Assembly: GCF_020745735.1 (NCBI RefSeq)
Contig: NC_083439.1
Coordinates: 30,580,596-30,644,595 of the forward strand
From: Hemiscyllium ocellatum
Lineage: Eukaryota
Length of the DNA: 64,000 nt
Direction of reading: 5' to 3'
Part shown: in pieces, positions 1 through 12,870 of the stretch
How positions within the stretch are numbered: the first letter of the stretch is position 1
How the letters are laid out: each line of letters begins with the position of its first letter
Notes under the pieces: generated by a model
Database searches by the model: none
What the model saw: only the letters and a program-made list of their open reading frames with translations
Told to the model about the DNA's origin: nothing
Made by a program: the position numbers and the translations under genes

Positions 1-865
1 AGACACCCAAGGCTGGAATTGAACCTGGGACCCTAGTGGTGTGAAGTGGTTAACACCTAGTGGTGTTAACCACTGAGCCACCGTGCTACCTCAAAGTGTT
101 ACCGAGAAGTGTTATCGAGCTTTTTTTTGAACCGGTTCAGTCCACATGCTGGAGTTTGACCCACAGCACCTTTAAGGAGGGTATTCCAAGATTTGACCCC
201 ATAAAAGTAATGGAACTGTGATGTATTTCCAAGTCAAGATGGAGGAGAACCTGCAGGGGGTGATGTTCCCATGTACCTGCTCCCCATGTCTTTCCAGATG
301 GAAGTGGTTGTGGGTTTGGAAGATGCTGCCCAAGGATCTATGCACCTTGTAGATAGTGCATACTGCTGCTATTGAGTGTTGGTCTTGGAGGGACTGGGTA
401 TTTGTGAATGTGGTGCCAATCAATGGGCTACTTTATTCTGTATAGTGTAAAGCTTCTTTAATGCTGTTGAAGCTGCACCCATCCAGGCAGGAGGAGTGTA
501 TTCCAGCACACTCTTGACTTCCTGATGAAGGCCTTATGCTCGAAGCATCTCCTGCTTCTCGGATATTGCCTGACTGACTGTGCTTTTCCAGCACCACAGT
601 CTTCAACTCTGATCTCCAGCATCTGAAGTCCTCACTTGTGCCTTGTAGATTGTGGGCAGGCTTTAGGGAGTCAGGAGTTGAATTATTCACCTCAGTATTC
701 CAAGCTGGGTTACTCCAGTAACATACATCGGGCCTAGTTTACTACAGTAATGTATACTGGCACCAGTTTACTCCAGGAAAAAGTGAGGACTGCAGATGCT
801 GGAGATCAGAGCTGAAAATGTGTTGCTGGAAAAGCGCAGGTCAGGCAGCATCCAAAGAGCAGGAG

Positions 866-901
866 AATCGACGTTTCGGGCATAAACCCTTCTTCAGGAA
901 T
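866..901 (-). ncRNA. Minimal type-I hammerhead ribozyme motif (Penelope family A)
   Basis: AUUC-CUGAAGA-A-GGGU-UUAU-GCCC-GAAAC-GUC-GAUU. Confidence 0.75.
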
Positions 902-1071
902 GAGGAAAGTGTGTCCAGCAGGCTAAGATAAAAGGTAGGAAGGAGGGACTTGGGAGAGGGGCGTTGGAAATGCGATAGGTGGAAGGAGGTCAAGGTGAGG
1001 GTGATAGGCCTGAGTGGGGGTGGGGGCGGAGAGGTCAGGAAGAAGATTGTAGGTTAGGAAGAGAGCAGGAG

Positions 1072-1107
1072 AATCAATGTTTCGGGCGTAAGCCCTTCTT
1101 CAGGAAT
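1072..1107 (-). ncRNA. Minimal hammerhead motif, tandem partner of 866-901
   Basis: AUUC-CUGAAGA-A-GGGC-UUAC-GCCC-GAAAC-AUU-GAUU. Confidence 0.65.
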
Positions 1108-2506
1108 GAGGAAAGTGTGTCTAGCAGGCTAAGATAACCTGCGATCTTCTTCCTGACCTCTCCGCCCCCACCCCACTCCGGCCTATCACCCTCACCTTGA
1201 CCTCCTTCCACCTATCGCATCTCCAACACCCCTCCCCCAAGTCCCTCCTCCCTACCTTTTATCTTAGCCTGCTGGACACACTTTCCTCATTCCTGAAAAA
1301 GGGCTTATGCCCGAAACGTCGATTCTCCTGCTCTTTGGATGCTGCCTGGCCTGCTGCGCTTTTCCAGCGACACATTTTCAGCACCAGTTTACTCCGGTAA
1401 TGTATTTTGGGACTAGTTTACTCTGGTAATGTACACTGAGACTGCATTACTCCAGTTGCTCCATGATACACACCACTTATTATTCCAGTAATTGAACTAA
1501 ACTATTACAACGATTTAGTTGCACAATGAAACAAGAATGTAAGAAAAGGACATTTTTCTCATCAATTCAATTCCCATTTTACTCACTAACGTCAGACAAA
1601 ATGATGGAGCCAAAAGTTCAGTGTTGTCTCCATCAGCAGCTCTGGAGAATTTAATGGCAGCAGCAGCAGCCTGTCAATGCCTGGGCTGTAATCATCACAT
1701 CAATGCATGATAATGCCCTATGTTTAAGGGTGAGCTTTATAACACCACTATTATCAAATTCGATATTGTCGTTGGAAATGACATAGCTTATTGACATGAG
1801 GAGTAGCTGATAGGAGTAATTGGATTTGAATGGCTGATCTGACAAAAAAAAATGAAATCTTCAAGCTTTCTGCTTCCTGCTGAGCTTCATGCACAGCTCT
1901 AGAATTACGGGCACAGTGCATTTCTGGCACTTGGTTAACCATCGTATGGACTATTTAAAGACCATCAGAATTGAAAGAATCAAAGCTGATAGAAAAATGA
2001 GGCAATGTGATCAAGCCTTCATTTTCCAAATCGCTTATTGTCACAGAAACTGTTCAGTAAGTTTCAGCCTTCCTTACATTGATGTGAGTTGTTCAGAGAT
2101 AAGGGTGGGATGGATTTTAACTGGGAGCTGTCGTTCAGCAGATTGGCTGATGGGATGCAGAGTGGGTGCAAAACAGGGGGCAGGCAAATTATTTGCTTAA
2201 AATTGTGAGGCTTGTATGATGCTCCTTAAAATTCTTTGACAAAATCTTCGATCATCTTACCCAAAATCACTTTGTACAGTTTGGCCTTTATGAAGACTCT
2301 TCGAATAGATTGTTTTTTTTTTAAAATTGCTTATAAATATAAGCTGTTGTCATGCCTCAGTTGAGTCACTGCCTCAGGGCAGATTTTAATGATTGCCACA
2401 GATTGGGAACCTTATTGCGGTCTAAATTATTAATGTACTTGCATCACCACGTCCACAAAGATGACTTCATTTCAAAACTGTACACTAGGACAGGAGCACT
2501 CCAGAA

Positions 2507-2773
2507 GGGGCATAATTTTAAAGGTAATTGGAGGAAGGTTTAGGGGAGATGTCAGAGGTAGGTTCTTTCCTCAGAGACTGGTAGATGCATAGAATGCACT
2601 GCTGGCAGTGGTAGTAGAGTGAGATACGTTAGGGACATTTAAGCGGCTCTTGGATAGGCACATGAAAGATAATACAATGAAGGGTATCCAGGTTAGTCTG
2701 AACTTAGAATAGGATAAAAGGCCAGCACAACATCGAGGGCCGAAGGGCCTGTACTTTTCTGTGTTCTATGTTC
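2507..2773 (+). mobile_element. CR1-type LINE 3' end fragment
   Basis: GHNFK...RF.GDVRGRFF.QR-like ORF2 C-terminus. The tail gagggccgaagggcctgtac...ttctatgttc is shared with 42332-42657 and 47561-47880. Confidence 0.85.
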
Positions 2774-2778
2774 AGAGC

Positions 2779-5700
2779 TGTACACCAGGACTGGGACACT
2801 CCAGAATTGTACACCAGGACTGGGACACTCCAGATTGTACACCAGGACTGGGGACACTCCAGCAGTGTACACCAGGACTGGGGACACTCCAGAATTGTAC
2901 ACCAGGACTGGGGACACTGCAGCAGTGTACGCCAGGACTGGGGACACTCCAGCAGTGTACACCAGGACTGGGGACACTCCAGCAGTGTACACCAGGACTG
3001 GGGACACTCCAGCAGTGTACACCAGGACTGGGGACACTCCAGCAGTGTACACCAGGACTGGGGACACTCCAGAATTGTACACCAGGACTGGGGACACTCC
3101 AGAATTGTACACCAGGACTGGGGACACTCCAGAATTGTACACCAGGACTGGGGACACTCCAGAATTGTACACCAGGACTGGGACACTCCAGAATTGTACA
3201 CCAGGACTGGGGACACTCCAGCAGTGTACACCAGGACTGGGGCACTTCAGAATTGTACACCAGGACTGGGGACACTCCAGAATTGTACACCAGGACTGGG
3301 GACACTCCAGCAGTGTAGACCAGCACTGGGGCACTCCAGAATTGTACACCAGGACTGGGGACACTCCAGCAGTGGACACCAGGACTGGGGACACTCCAGA
3401 ATTGTACACCAGGACTGGGGACACTCCAGAATTGTACACCAGGACTGGGGACACTCCAGAATTGTACACCAGGACTGGGGACACTCCAGCAGTGTACACC
3501 AGGACTGGGGACACTCCAGCAGTGTACACCAGGACTGGGGACACTCCAGAATTGTACACCAGGACTGGGGACACTCCAGAATTGTACACCAGGACTGGGA
3601 CACTCCAGAATTGTACACCAGGACTGGGGACACTCCAGAATTGTACACCAGGACTGGGGACACTCCAGCAGTGTACACCAGGACTGGGGACACTCCAGCA
3701 GTGTACACCAGGACTGGGACACTCCAGAATTGTACACCAGGACTGGGGACACTCCAGAATTGTACACCAGGACTGGGGACACTCCAGCAGTGTACAAAAG
3801 GACTGGGGCACTTCAGAATTGTACACCAGGACTGGGACACTCCAGAATTGTACACCAGGACTGGGGACACTCCAGCAGTGTACACCAGGACTGGGGACAC
3901 TCCAGAATTGTACACCAGGACTGGGGACACTCCAGCAGTGTACACCAGGACTGGGGACACTCCAGCAGTGTACACCAGGACTGGGGACACTCCAGAATTG
4001 TACACCAGGACTGGGGACACTCCAGCAGTGTACACCAGGACTGGGGACACTCCAGCAGCGTACACCAGGACTGGGAACACTCCAGCAGTGTACACCAGGA
4101 CTGGGGACACTCCAGCAGTGTACAAAAGGACTGGGGACACTCCAGAATTGTACACCAGGACTGGGACACTCCAGAATTGTACACCAGGACTGGGGACACT
4201 CCAGCAGTGTACACCAGGACTGGGGACACTCCAGAATTGTACACCAGGACTGGGGACACTCCAGAATTGTACACCAGGACTGGGGACACTCCAGCAGTGT
4301 ACACCAGGACTGGGACACTCCAGAATTGTACACCAGGACTGGGGACACTCCAGAATTGTACACCAGGACTGGGGACACTCCAGCAGTGTACACCAGGACT
4401 GGGGACACTCCAGAATTGTACACCAGGACTGGGGACACTCCAGAATTGTACACCAGGACTGGGGACACTCCAGCAGTGTACACCAGGACTGGGGCACTTC
4501 AGAATTGTACACCAGGACTGGGGACACTCCAGCAGTGTACACCAGGACTGGGGACACTCCAGCAGCGTACACCAGGACTGGGAACACTCCAGCAGTGTAC
4601 ACCAGGACTGGGGACACTCCAGCAGTGTACACCAGGACTGGGGACACTCCAGAATTGTACACCAGGACTGGGACACTCCAGAATTGTACACCAGGACTGG
4701 GGACACTCCAGCAGTGTACACCAGGACTGGGGACACTCCAGAATTGTACACCAGGACTGGGGACACTCCAGAATTGTACACCAGGACTGGGGACACTCCA
4801 GCAGTGTACTAAAGGACTGGGGCACTTCAGAATTGTACACCAGGACTGGGACACTCCAGAATTGTACACCAGGACTGGGGACACTCCAGCAGTGTACACC
4901 AGGACTGGGGACACTCCAGAATTGTACACCAGGACTGGGGACACTCCAGAATTGTACACCAGGACTGGGGACGCTCCAGCAGTGTACACCAGGACTGGGG
5001 ACACTCCAGAATTGTACACCAGGACTGGGGACACTCCAGAATTGTACACCAGGACTGGGGACACTCCAGCAGTGTACAAAAGGACTGGGGCACTTCAGAA
5101 TTGTACACCAGGACTGGGGACACTCCAGCAGTGTACACCAGGACTGGGGACACTCCAGCAGCGTACACCAGGACTGGGAACACTCCAGCAGTGTACACCA
5201 GGACTGGGGACACTCCAGCAGTGTACAAAAGGACTGGGGACACTCCAGAATTGTACACCAGGACTGGGACACTCCAGAATTGTACACCAGGACTGGGGAC
5301 ACTCCAGCAGTGTACACCAGGACTGGGGACACTCCAGAATTGTACACCAGGACTGGGGACACTCCAGAATTGTACACCAGGACTGGGGACACTCCAGCAG
5401 TGTACACCAGGACTGGGACACTCCAGCAGTGTACACCAGGACTGGGGACACTCCAGAATTGTACACCAGGACTGGGGACACTCCAGCAGTGTACAAAAGG
5501 ACTGGGGCACTTCAGAATTGTACACCAGGACTAGGGACACTCCAGCAGTGTACACCAGGACTGGGGACACTCCAGCAGTGTACACCAGGACTGGGGACAC
5601 TCCAGCAGCGTACACCAGGACTGGGGACACTCCAGCAGCGTACACCAGGACTGGGGACACTCCAGCAGCGTACACCAGGACTGGGGACACTCCAGCAGTG

Positions 5701-6077
5701 TAGACCAGCACTGGGGACACTCCAGAATTGTACACCAGGACTGGGGACACTCCAGAATTGTACACCAGGACTGGGGACACTCCAGAATTGTACACCAGGA
5801 CTGGGGACACTCCAGTAGTGTACACCAGGACTGGGGACACTCCAGTAGTGTACACCAGGACTGGGGACACTCCAGCAGCGTACACCAGGACTAGGGACAC
5901 TCCAGCAGTGTACACCAGGACTGGGGACACTCCAGCAGTGTACACCAGGACTGGGGACACTCCAGCAGTGTACACCAGGACTCAGGCACTCCAGAATTGT
6001 ACACCAGGACTCAGGCACTCCAGAATTGTAGACCAGGACTGGGACACTCCAGAATTGTACATCAGGATACTCCAGAA
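2779..6077. repeat. 30-bp minisatellite, ~110 units, consensus TGTACACCAGGACTGGGGACACTCCAG(AAT/CAG)
   Basis: Directly visible tandem array with two major variants and 29-bp indel variants. It explains all the long repetitive ORFs at 2693-6245. Confidence 0.99.
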
Positions 6078-6626
6078 ACACCCAGGAGGTTGGCCTTGTT
6101 CCAGGAGTGCATTCACCTTCCTGGATGGAAGATGCCTGCAACGGTCACAGTGAGATCCCCAGATTTTATTTGGGGAACAGGTTCTGGTTTGGTTCCTGAC
6201 CATCTGGCTTTGGGAAGCTTCCAGTTTTTAGCTCGGGCATGTTAAAGTCTGAGTAGCTGGTTCTCGTTCGAGATTCACCACTGAGAAAGACTACCGAACA
6301 TCTCGGCCAACTCTGACATATATATAAGTATCTTTCCTGGATGCGCTTTAGCAAGTTCCCCTGAGAACTGCACAACTCTATTAATTTTCTTTGCCATTCT
6401 CTTTACAACATTACAATTTATCATTTAAACCAATGGGGATAAAAAGGTAGGGCTTCCTTGTTAACATAAAGCATACGCTAGTATGGAGTGATAACAAAAA
6501 TAAATGGTTTGTGTTTGTGATGGCTGCTGAACCAGGAACTTTGAAAATACAACTCAGTTTCAGGGTAGATTCAGAGTCAGGTAAGCATGCGGGCAGGAGG
6601 ATTAAAGTGACTAAAGAAATGATGCT

Positions 6627-7241
6627 CAGAAACACAGAGACTCATACACACAGACACAGACTGAGACTCTCTCACACACACACATACACACACACACACA
6701 CACACAGACTCGCTCACACAGAAATACCCACACATAGACACACAAATACGCAGAGACTTCTCTCATACACAGACACAGACACAGATACACAGAAACTCTC
6801 TCACACTCACACAGAAACTCACACATACACCGACACACATATGCAGAGACTCACATACAAGTCCGATGTACATACAAAGAAACTCTCACACACACACAGA
6901 AACTCACACACACACAGACACACATACGCCGACACACATATGCAGACTCACACACAAGACAGACACACATACAGAGACTCTCTCACACACTCACAGAACC
7001 TCTCACACATATACAGAGACTTGCACACAAACACAGAAACTCAGACACACACACACAAACAAGGCACACATACGGAGACTTCTCTCACACATAGACAGAC
7101 ACAGATACACATACTCTCTCACACACACACACAGAAACTCACAAACACGCACAGACACACATACACAGAGACTCACACACAGACACATATACGCAGAGAC
7201 TCACATACACGTGCAGGGACACGCATTCAGGCACATACACA
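6627..7241. repeat. Degenerate (CA)n/CAGA-rich simple repeat
   Basis: Visible low-complexity tract; source of the HT/TH-rich ORFs. Confidence 0.95.
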
Positions 7242-8597
7242 ATCATTGAATCGGTTGAGGGGTATGTGGTTTACAAAATGTATTACAAAGCCTTGATTCC
7301 TCATCTACCCCTGATTCCTGTGCCTAACAAGAACTTATCCAACTCTGTCTTAAAATAACCAATGATTCCCCTTCTGAGACAGTTCGAAAGACACACTATC
7401 CTTGGTGAGTTGGGCAAGTTAGTACAGATCAGACTTTAACCTCAGACTCAACTTCAGCCTACCTATTTCTGGGAGTTAAGGTTCAGCTGGTTAATAGTCA
7501 TCTCCCTGATCTGTTGACTGTTTCCCAGCATAGAATTCACCATTCTGAGTAACCAGTATCACCAAGCCAGTACGAACAATGAAACAGCCTGTCCTCCCAT
7601 GTTTTGGAGATGCTGGTTCTCCCAGTTCACTTGTGGCTACATACCATCACCAGTCTTAACTGCAGGCTACAGAAGGTGAAAGCAATAATCCTAATTACAG
7701 ATTATTGTGTAGAGCTCAGATTGTACAAGGATCATACATCAAACAGGAATGATATTTGATGTATAATAGGATGGTGTGCAGCTAATACTTAGAAAGGATA
7801 TTCTTCAAGAGATGACTTTTATGTTTTTGGTGATGACAACCAAGGATTAGTATCACTAGCATAATGCTGTCGACTCTCTCTATGAGGCACTGTGTGTTTG
7901 AAGATATTGCTGTCAGTTTAGCCTGACAGGCAAATTCAGCGCCTCAGGTACGGCTTGTATCATTGCTCTCCTACAAGTAAAATTGTACATAATATGTATT
8001 AAGCTCAAAAGGAACTAACATCCGAATGTCAACCTTACTTGTAATTCTAATCCCCATCAGTAAGTGATACCCTTCAATAGTGAGAGCCCACAGGCTGAAT
8101 GTAATTGTCTTCTCTAAATACAATTGGACCTCAATGAGATTCTCTTTCAGTTCAAATGTATTAATTCAGGTTTTCAAAATCCCACAGTTCGAGTGTAAGA
8201 ACTGTTGGGATTATTCAATGATATCTACAGACGTTTTGTACATTTTATTTAGAATTTCTCAGATTTGGACAAGCGAAATATTGCTCATCACCTGTAATAA
8301 ATCAGCTGTAAAACGTTAGCCTTGTCAAGTGTATCAGATGTCCCACAATCTATGATACAATTATGGAACTGTACAACCCAGAAACAGACCCCTTGGTCCA
8401 AATCGTCCATGCCGACCAGATATCCTAAATTAATCAAGTCCCATTTGCCAGCATTTGACTCATATCCATCTAAACCCTTCCTATTCTTGTAGGAGAAAGT
8501 GAGGATTGCAGATGCTGGAGATCACAGTCAAGAGTGTGGTGCTGGAAAAGCACAGCAGGTCAGGCTTATGAAGGGCTTATGCCCAAAACATCAATTC

Positions 8598-9443
8598 TCC
8601 TCTCCCACAACCCTCTCCACCACACCCCTCTCCCCCACACCCCTCTCTCCCACACCCTTCTCCCCCATACCACTCTCCCCCACACCCCTCTTTCCCACAA
8701 CCCGCTCCCCAACACCCCTTCTCCCACATCACTCTCCCCACACCTCTCTCCCCCACACCCCTTTCCCTCACACCCGTCTCTCACACATCACTCTCTCCAC
8801 ACCCGTCTCCCCCACATCCCTTTCTCACACACCCCTCTCTCCCACATCACTCTCCCCACACCCCTCTCCCCCACACCTCTCTCCCACATCACTCACCCCA
8901 CAACCCTCTCCCCCACACCCCTCTCCCCCATACCCCCCTCTCACACACTCCTCTCTACCACACCCTCTCTCCCCACAACCCTCTCTCCCACAACCCTTTC
9001 CTCCACACCCTTCTCTCCCACACCCCTCTCCCCCACACCCCTCTCTTACACACCCTTCTTCCCCACACCCCTCTCCCCCATACCCCTCTCTTCCACACCC
9101 CTCTCCCCCATACCCCAACCTCCCACACCCCTCTCTCCCACAACCCTCTCCCCCACACCTCTCTCTCTCACATCACTCTCCCCACAACCCTCTCCCCCAC
9201 AATCCTCTCCCCCACACCCCTCTCTCCCACATCACTCCCCACACCCCTCTCCCCCACACCCCTCTCTCACACCCCACTCCCCCACACCCCTCTCCCCCAC
9301 ACCCCTCTCCCCCACACCCCTCTCCCCCACACCCCTCTCCCCCACACCCCTCTCTCACATCACTCCCCACACCCCTCTCCCCCACACCCCTCTCTCACAA
9401 CCCTCTCCCCCACACCCCTCTCCCCCACACCCCTCTCTCACAC
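8598..9443. repeat. C-rich ~15-bp tandem repeat (CCCCACACCCCTCTC)n; G-rich on the minus strand
   Basis: Visible tandem array; source of the P/S/H/T-rich ORFs. Confidence 0.95.
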
Positions 9444-9876
9444 CAAGAGGCTGTGGACACCTTTACCGAGACTCCACAAACTTCATTTTTGTCAGGAGCC
9501 TTTCAATGTTGTCCCTGACGATATTCGTCTGCCACTTGCCACATCAATGAGTTCTGCCCGTTCCAATCAGCTGGGCCTCTCACCATGGGCAGCTGACAGA
9601 TCCCATCACCCACCTCAAAACCACACTGCCTCCGTCCCAAGTTTAAGCTAAACCCAAGATTCAGTGAACAAATCTTTGGCCCATTCTTTGAGAATCAAAG
9701 GGATCAAGGGTTACGGGGAGGAAGTGAGAGAATGGGATTGAGAAACTTATCAGCCATGATCGAATGTTGCAGCAAACTCAGTGGGCTGAATGGCCTAATT
9801 TCTGGTCCTATGTCTTATGGTCTTCGTTGCCTCTGCATCAACCCTATTTCCCATGTTCATTCCTGACTCTGTTTTC

Positions 9877-10119
9877 GAAATGAGCTGAAAATGTGTTGCT
9901 GGAAAAGCACAGCAGGTCGCACAGCAGGTCAGGCAGCATCCGAGGAACAGGAGAATCGACGTTTCGGGCATAAGCCCTTCTTCAGGGATGGCTTCCTGAA
10001 GAAGGGCTTATGCCCGAAACGTCGATTCTCCTGTTCCTTGGATGATGCCTGACCTGCTGCGCTTTTCCATCAACACATTTTCAGCTCTGATCTCCAGCAT
10101 CTGCAGTCCTCACTTTCTC
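9877..10119. mobile_element. Palindromic Penelope pLTR mini-element with two back-to-back hammerhead motifs
   Basis: Inverted arms around 9985-9995. The core CUGAAGAAGGGCUUAUGCCCGAAACGUCGAUU occurs on both strands. TSD ctctgttttc at 9867-9876 and 10120-10129. Confidence 0.85.
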
Positions 10120-11199
10120 CTCTGTTTTCAGAATCTAACGATTACTAATCAGAATGTTCTGAAGGGTCACTGGACTCAAAACGTTATTTTCTCTTCTGTC
10201 GAGTTTCTCCAGCAATTTCTGGTTTTGTGTGTTTCAGATCTCCAACATCCATTTTATTTGTTTATGGTGGATAATCTAGAATTGTCTCACTTAAAAGACT
10301 GGGACAATTGGATTTTTTTCCAGACTGACACCTCACAGTTTTTTTGTTGGGTAAAGGTATGAAGGGATACAAAGTTGAAGGTGGGTACACCCAGGAGAGC
10401 AACAGAGCAGCCAAGACTGAATGGACTGGTGAAGAGACTTAAGAAACAAAATGACCTCCTCTTGATCATATTTTCTCATGTGATTCATTAAGAAGTTAAC
10501 TCTTCCAACAAGGAGTGACATTTCTCCATGGACGTTCCTGCAAACCGTTAGGTAATTATGCAGCCTACACTATTTGCCTGAGACATGCAAAGATTTCTAG
10601 TTTGGCCTCTCTGAGTTCTGCCGTGTGAGCATGTGTTGTGCAAATCCAAACATCTAGTTTTTATTGGCCAACTCCACAATCTTCACCAGTCAAGACAGAT
10701 TTAAATTTTTGAAGAAATCACTGTTTCTATGTGAAATATTGAAAATGCATATAGTTTGCAACTCAAAGAGATTATCTGGTTAACTTGTACATGGGTTCAA
10801 TTAATTTTAATATATTTTTTATATTAAAAATACATTATTCTCTCCCAAGGAAGTACATTACACTACTTCTATGTCACAAAGGGAGTGTTTTATTATAACC
10901 TAAGTCATGGCAGTAAAAAAATTATCTTTATTGATGGCAAACGAGGAGGCATCTCTTTCCAACTTGCATTTATACAGTACTTTACTCAGTTATCAGATAA
11001 CTCAAGGCATTTTACATGCAATGAAATACGTTCACTGTGTAGTCACAGTGGTAATATATCAAATACAGCAACAAATTTCTGCATAGCAATATCCTACACA
11101 CATAGTGGCTCAGGGACCCAGTTTTGATTCCAACCTCAGGCTACTGTCTACGTGGAGTTTGCACTGTTTCCCAATGTCTGTGTGAGTTTCTGAGGGCGA

Positions 11200-12122
11200 T
11201 GCTGAAAAAGCACAGCAAGTGAGGCAGCATCCACGGAGCGGGGAAACTGATGTTTCGGGCAAGAGACCTCCTTCATCAGGAATGAGGCTGGGAGCTAACG
11301 GGGTGGTGAGATAAATGGGAGGGGGGTGGGGCTGTGGGGGGCGAGGTAACTGAGAGTGTGATAGGTGAATGGAGGTGAGGGTAATGGTGATAGGTCGGAG
11401 GGGAGGGTGGAGTGGATAGGTTGGAAGGAAAATGATAGGTAGGACAGGTCAGGAGATTGGTGTCGAGTTGGAAGGTTGGAACTGGAATAAGGTGGGTGGA
11501 GGGGAAATGAGAAAACTGCTGAAATCCACACTGATGCTGCGTGGTTGGAGGATCCCAAGCTGGCATTGGATGGTTAGGGAATGGCAATAGAGGAGGCCCA
11601 GGACCTGCATGTCCTTGGCAGAGTGAGACGGGTAGTTGAAGTGTTCGGCCATGAGGTGATGAGGTTGGTTGGTGCAGGTGTCCAGGAGGTGTTCTCTGAA
11701 GTGCTCTGTGAGTAGGCGTCCTGTCTCCCCAATGGAGACTACATCGGGAGCAAAGGATACAGTAAATGACGTGTGTGCAAGTGCAGGTGAAACTCTGATG
11801 GATGTGGAAGCTCCTTTGGGACCTTGGAAGGTGGGGGGGGGGGGGGGGGGGGGGGGGGGTGTGTGTGTGTGTGTGTGTGTGTGTGGGCGTAGACCTGACA
11901 AGAAAGTCGTGAAGGGAATAATCTTTATGGAAAATGGATGGGGAGGGGAGGGAAATATATCTCTGGCAGTGGGGTCCATTTGTAGGTGGTGGAAATGGCA
12001 GATGATGATGCGATATATCCAGATGTTGGTGGGGTGGAAGGTAAAGACCAGGGGGTTCTCACCTTGCTGCGGTTGAAGGGGCAGAACTGCGGGAAGTGGA
12101 TGAGATGTGCTGGACTGCTCTG
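11200..12122 (-). mobile_element. Penelope-like retroelement 3' fragment (GIY-YIG endonuclease remnant and pLTR)
   Basis: The minus-strand ORF contains SIGETGRLLTEHFREHL...AEHFNYPSHS, typical of the PLE GIY-YIG domain. Degenerate hammerhead at ~11248-11283. Internal G27 and (GT)n tract at 11833-11886. Confidence 0.85.
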
Positions 12123-12870
12123 CATAAAAAAAAAATTGCCCCCTTTTTAAAATCTTAAAAATATGTCTCCTAGTCTTGAAATCCGCCACCCTCAGGAAAA
12201 AAAATCTCCCAACCTCTCCTTGTAACTCAAACCCTCCATTCCCGTAAACATCCTGGTAAATCTTTTCTGAACCCTTTCCTGCTCAATACTATCTTTCCTA
12301 TAAGAGGGTGTTCAGAAATGGACACAGTACTTCAGAAGATGTCCCACCAACGTCCTGTACAACCTCAACATAATGTCAATTTTATTCAAATCTATTGCCC
12401 AGTGCTACTTGCTCAGAGTTTGAGACAATAGGTTAGCTTCATCACTACTTCAGAGGACAGTTAAAGGTCAACCGAACTGGTGTGGGACTGGAGTCACATG
12501 GCATGGGAATCAATAAAGGCTGGAAGTCTTCTTCACGAAAGGAGATTGGTGAACAAGCTTGGCTTTTATTGAGTCTTTGTGCATTTATTCAACAACTATT
12601 TTTGTTTTTAGGTTTCAAATTGTCAAACTGCAAAGGCAACATTCAAACTCAATTCTCAGGCTTATGAGATCAATTGCTATTATTCCCAGGGAAACTTCTT
12701 TTTCTGAATTGAAGTGAATTAGATCGAGATCCTGAAAAGGTGTCTTAGATTCTGAATTCCCAGAGGCTTTAATAAGAACGGAAAGTCTGTGTGTTTTCCA
12801 CAAAATAAATTCACTTGGAAAGAATGAGCAGAAATGGGAGCCTCTCAGCTCTCCAGGCGTTTGTATTTAC

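Larger units (their letters stand above)
775..1380. mobile_element. Penelope-like pLTR-only insertion with tandem and inverted copies
   Basis: Two minus-strand copies and one plus-strand copy of the Penelope 3' terminal sequence. Flanked by the direct repeat gcaccagtttactcc (760-774 and 1381-1395). Confidence 0.8.
706..1460. repeat. Degenerate ~29-bp tandem repeat (GTTTACTCCAGTAATGTACACTGGGACTA) split by a Penelope-derived insertion
   Basis: About three units at 706-774 and about three at 1381-1460. Confidence 0.7.

Noticed and set aside
2779-6077. CRISPR-like array
   Set aside because: Units are contiguous with no unique spacers, there are no cas genes, and the context is vertebrate.
2693-6245. 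Very long ORFs (up to 1016 aa) in all six frames
   Set aside because: Artefact of a stop-free 30-bp tandem unit. Frames swap at every 1-bp indel and there is no evidence of a real protein.
6511-9550. His/Thr-rich and Pro/Ser-rich ORFs (extensin- or mucin-like)
   Set aside because: Translations of simple repeats.
10155-10195. Fourth hammerhead family (GGGUC-ACUG-GACUC stem II; also ~20910-20970 and ~26785-26812)
   Set aside because: Probably related, but every copy here has a damaged catalytic core, so it is not called as a ribozyme.
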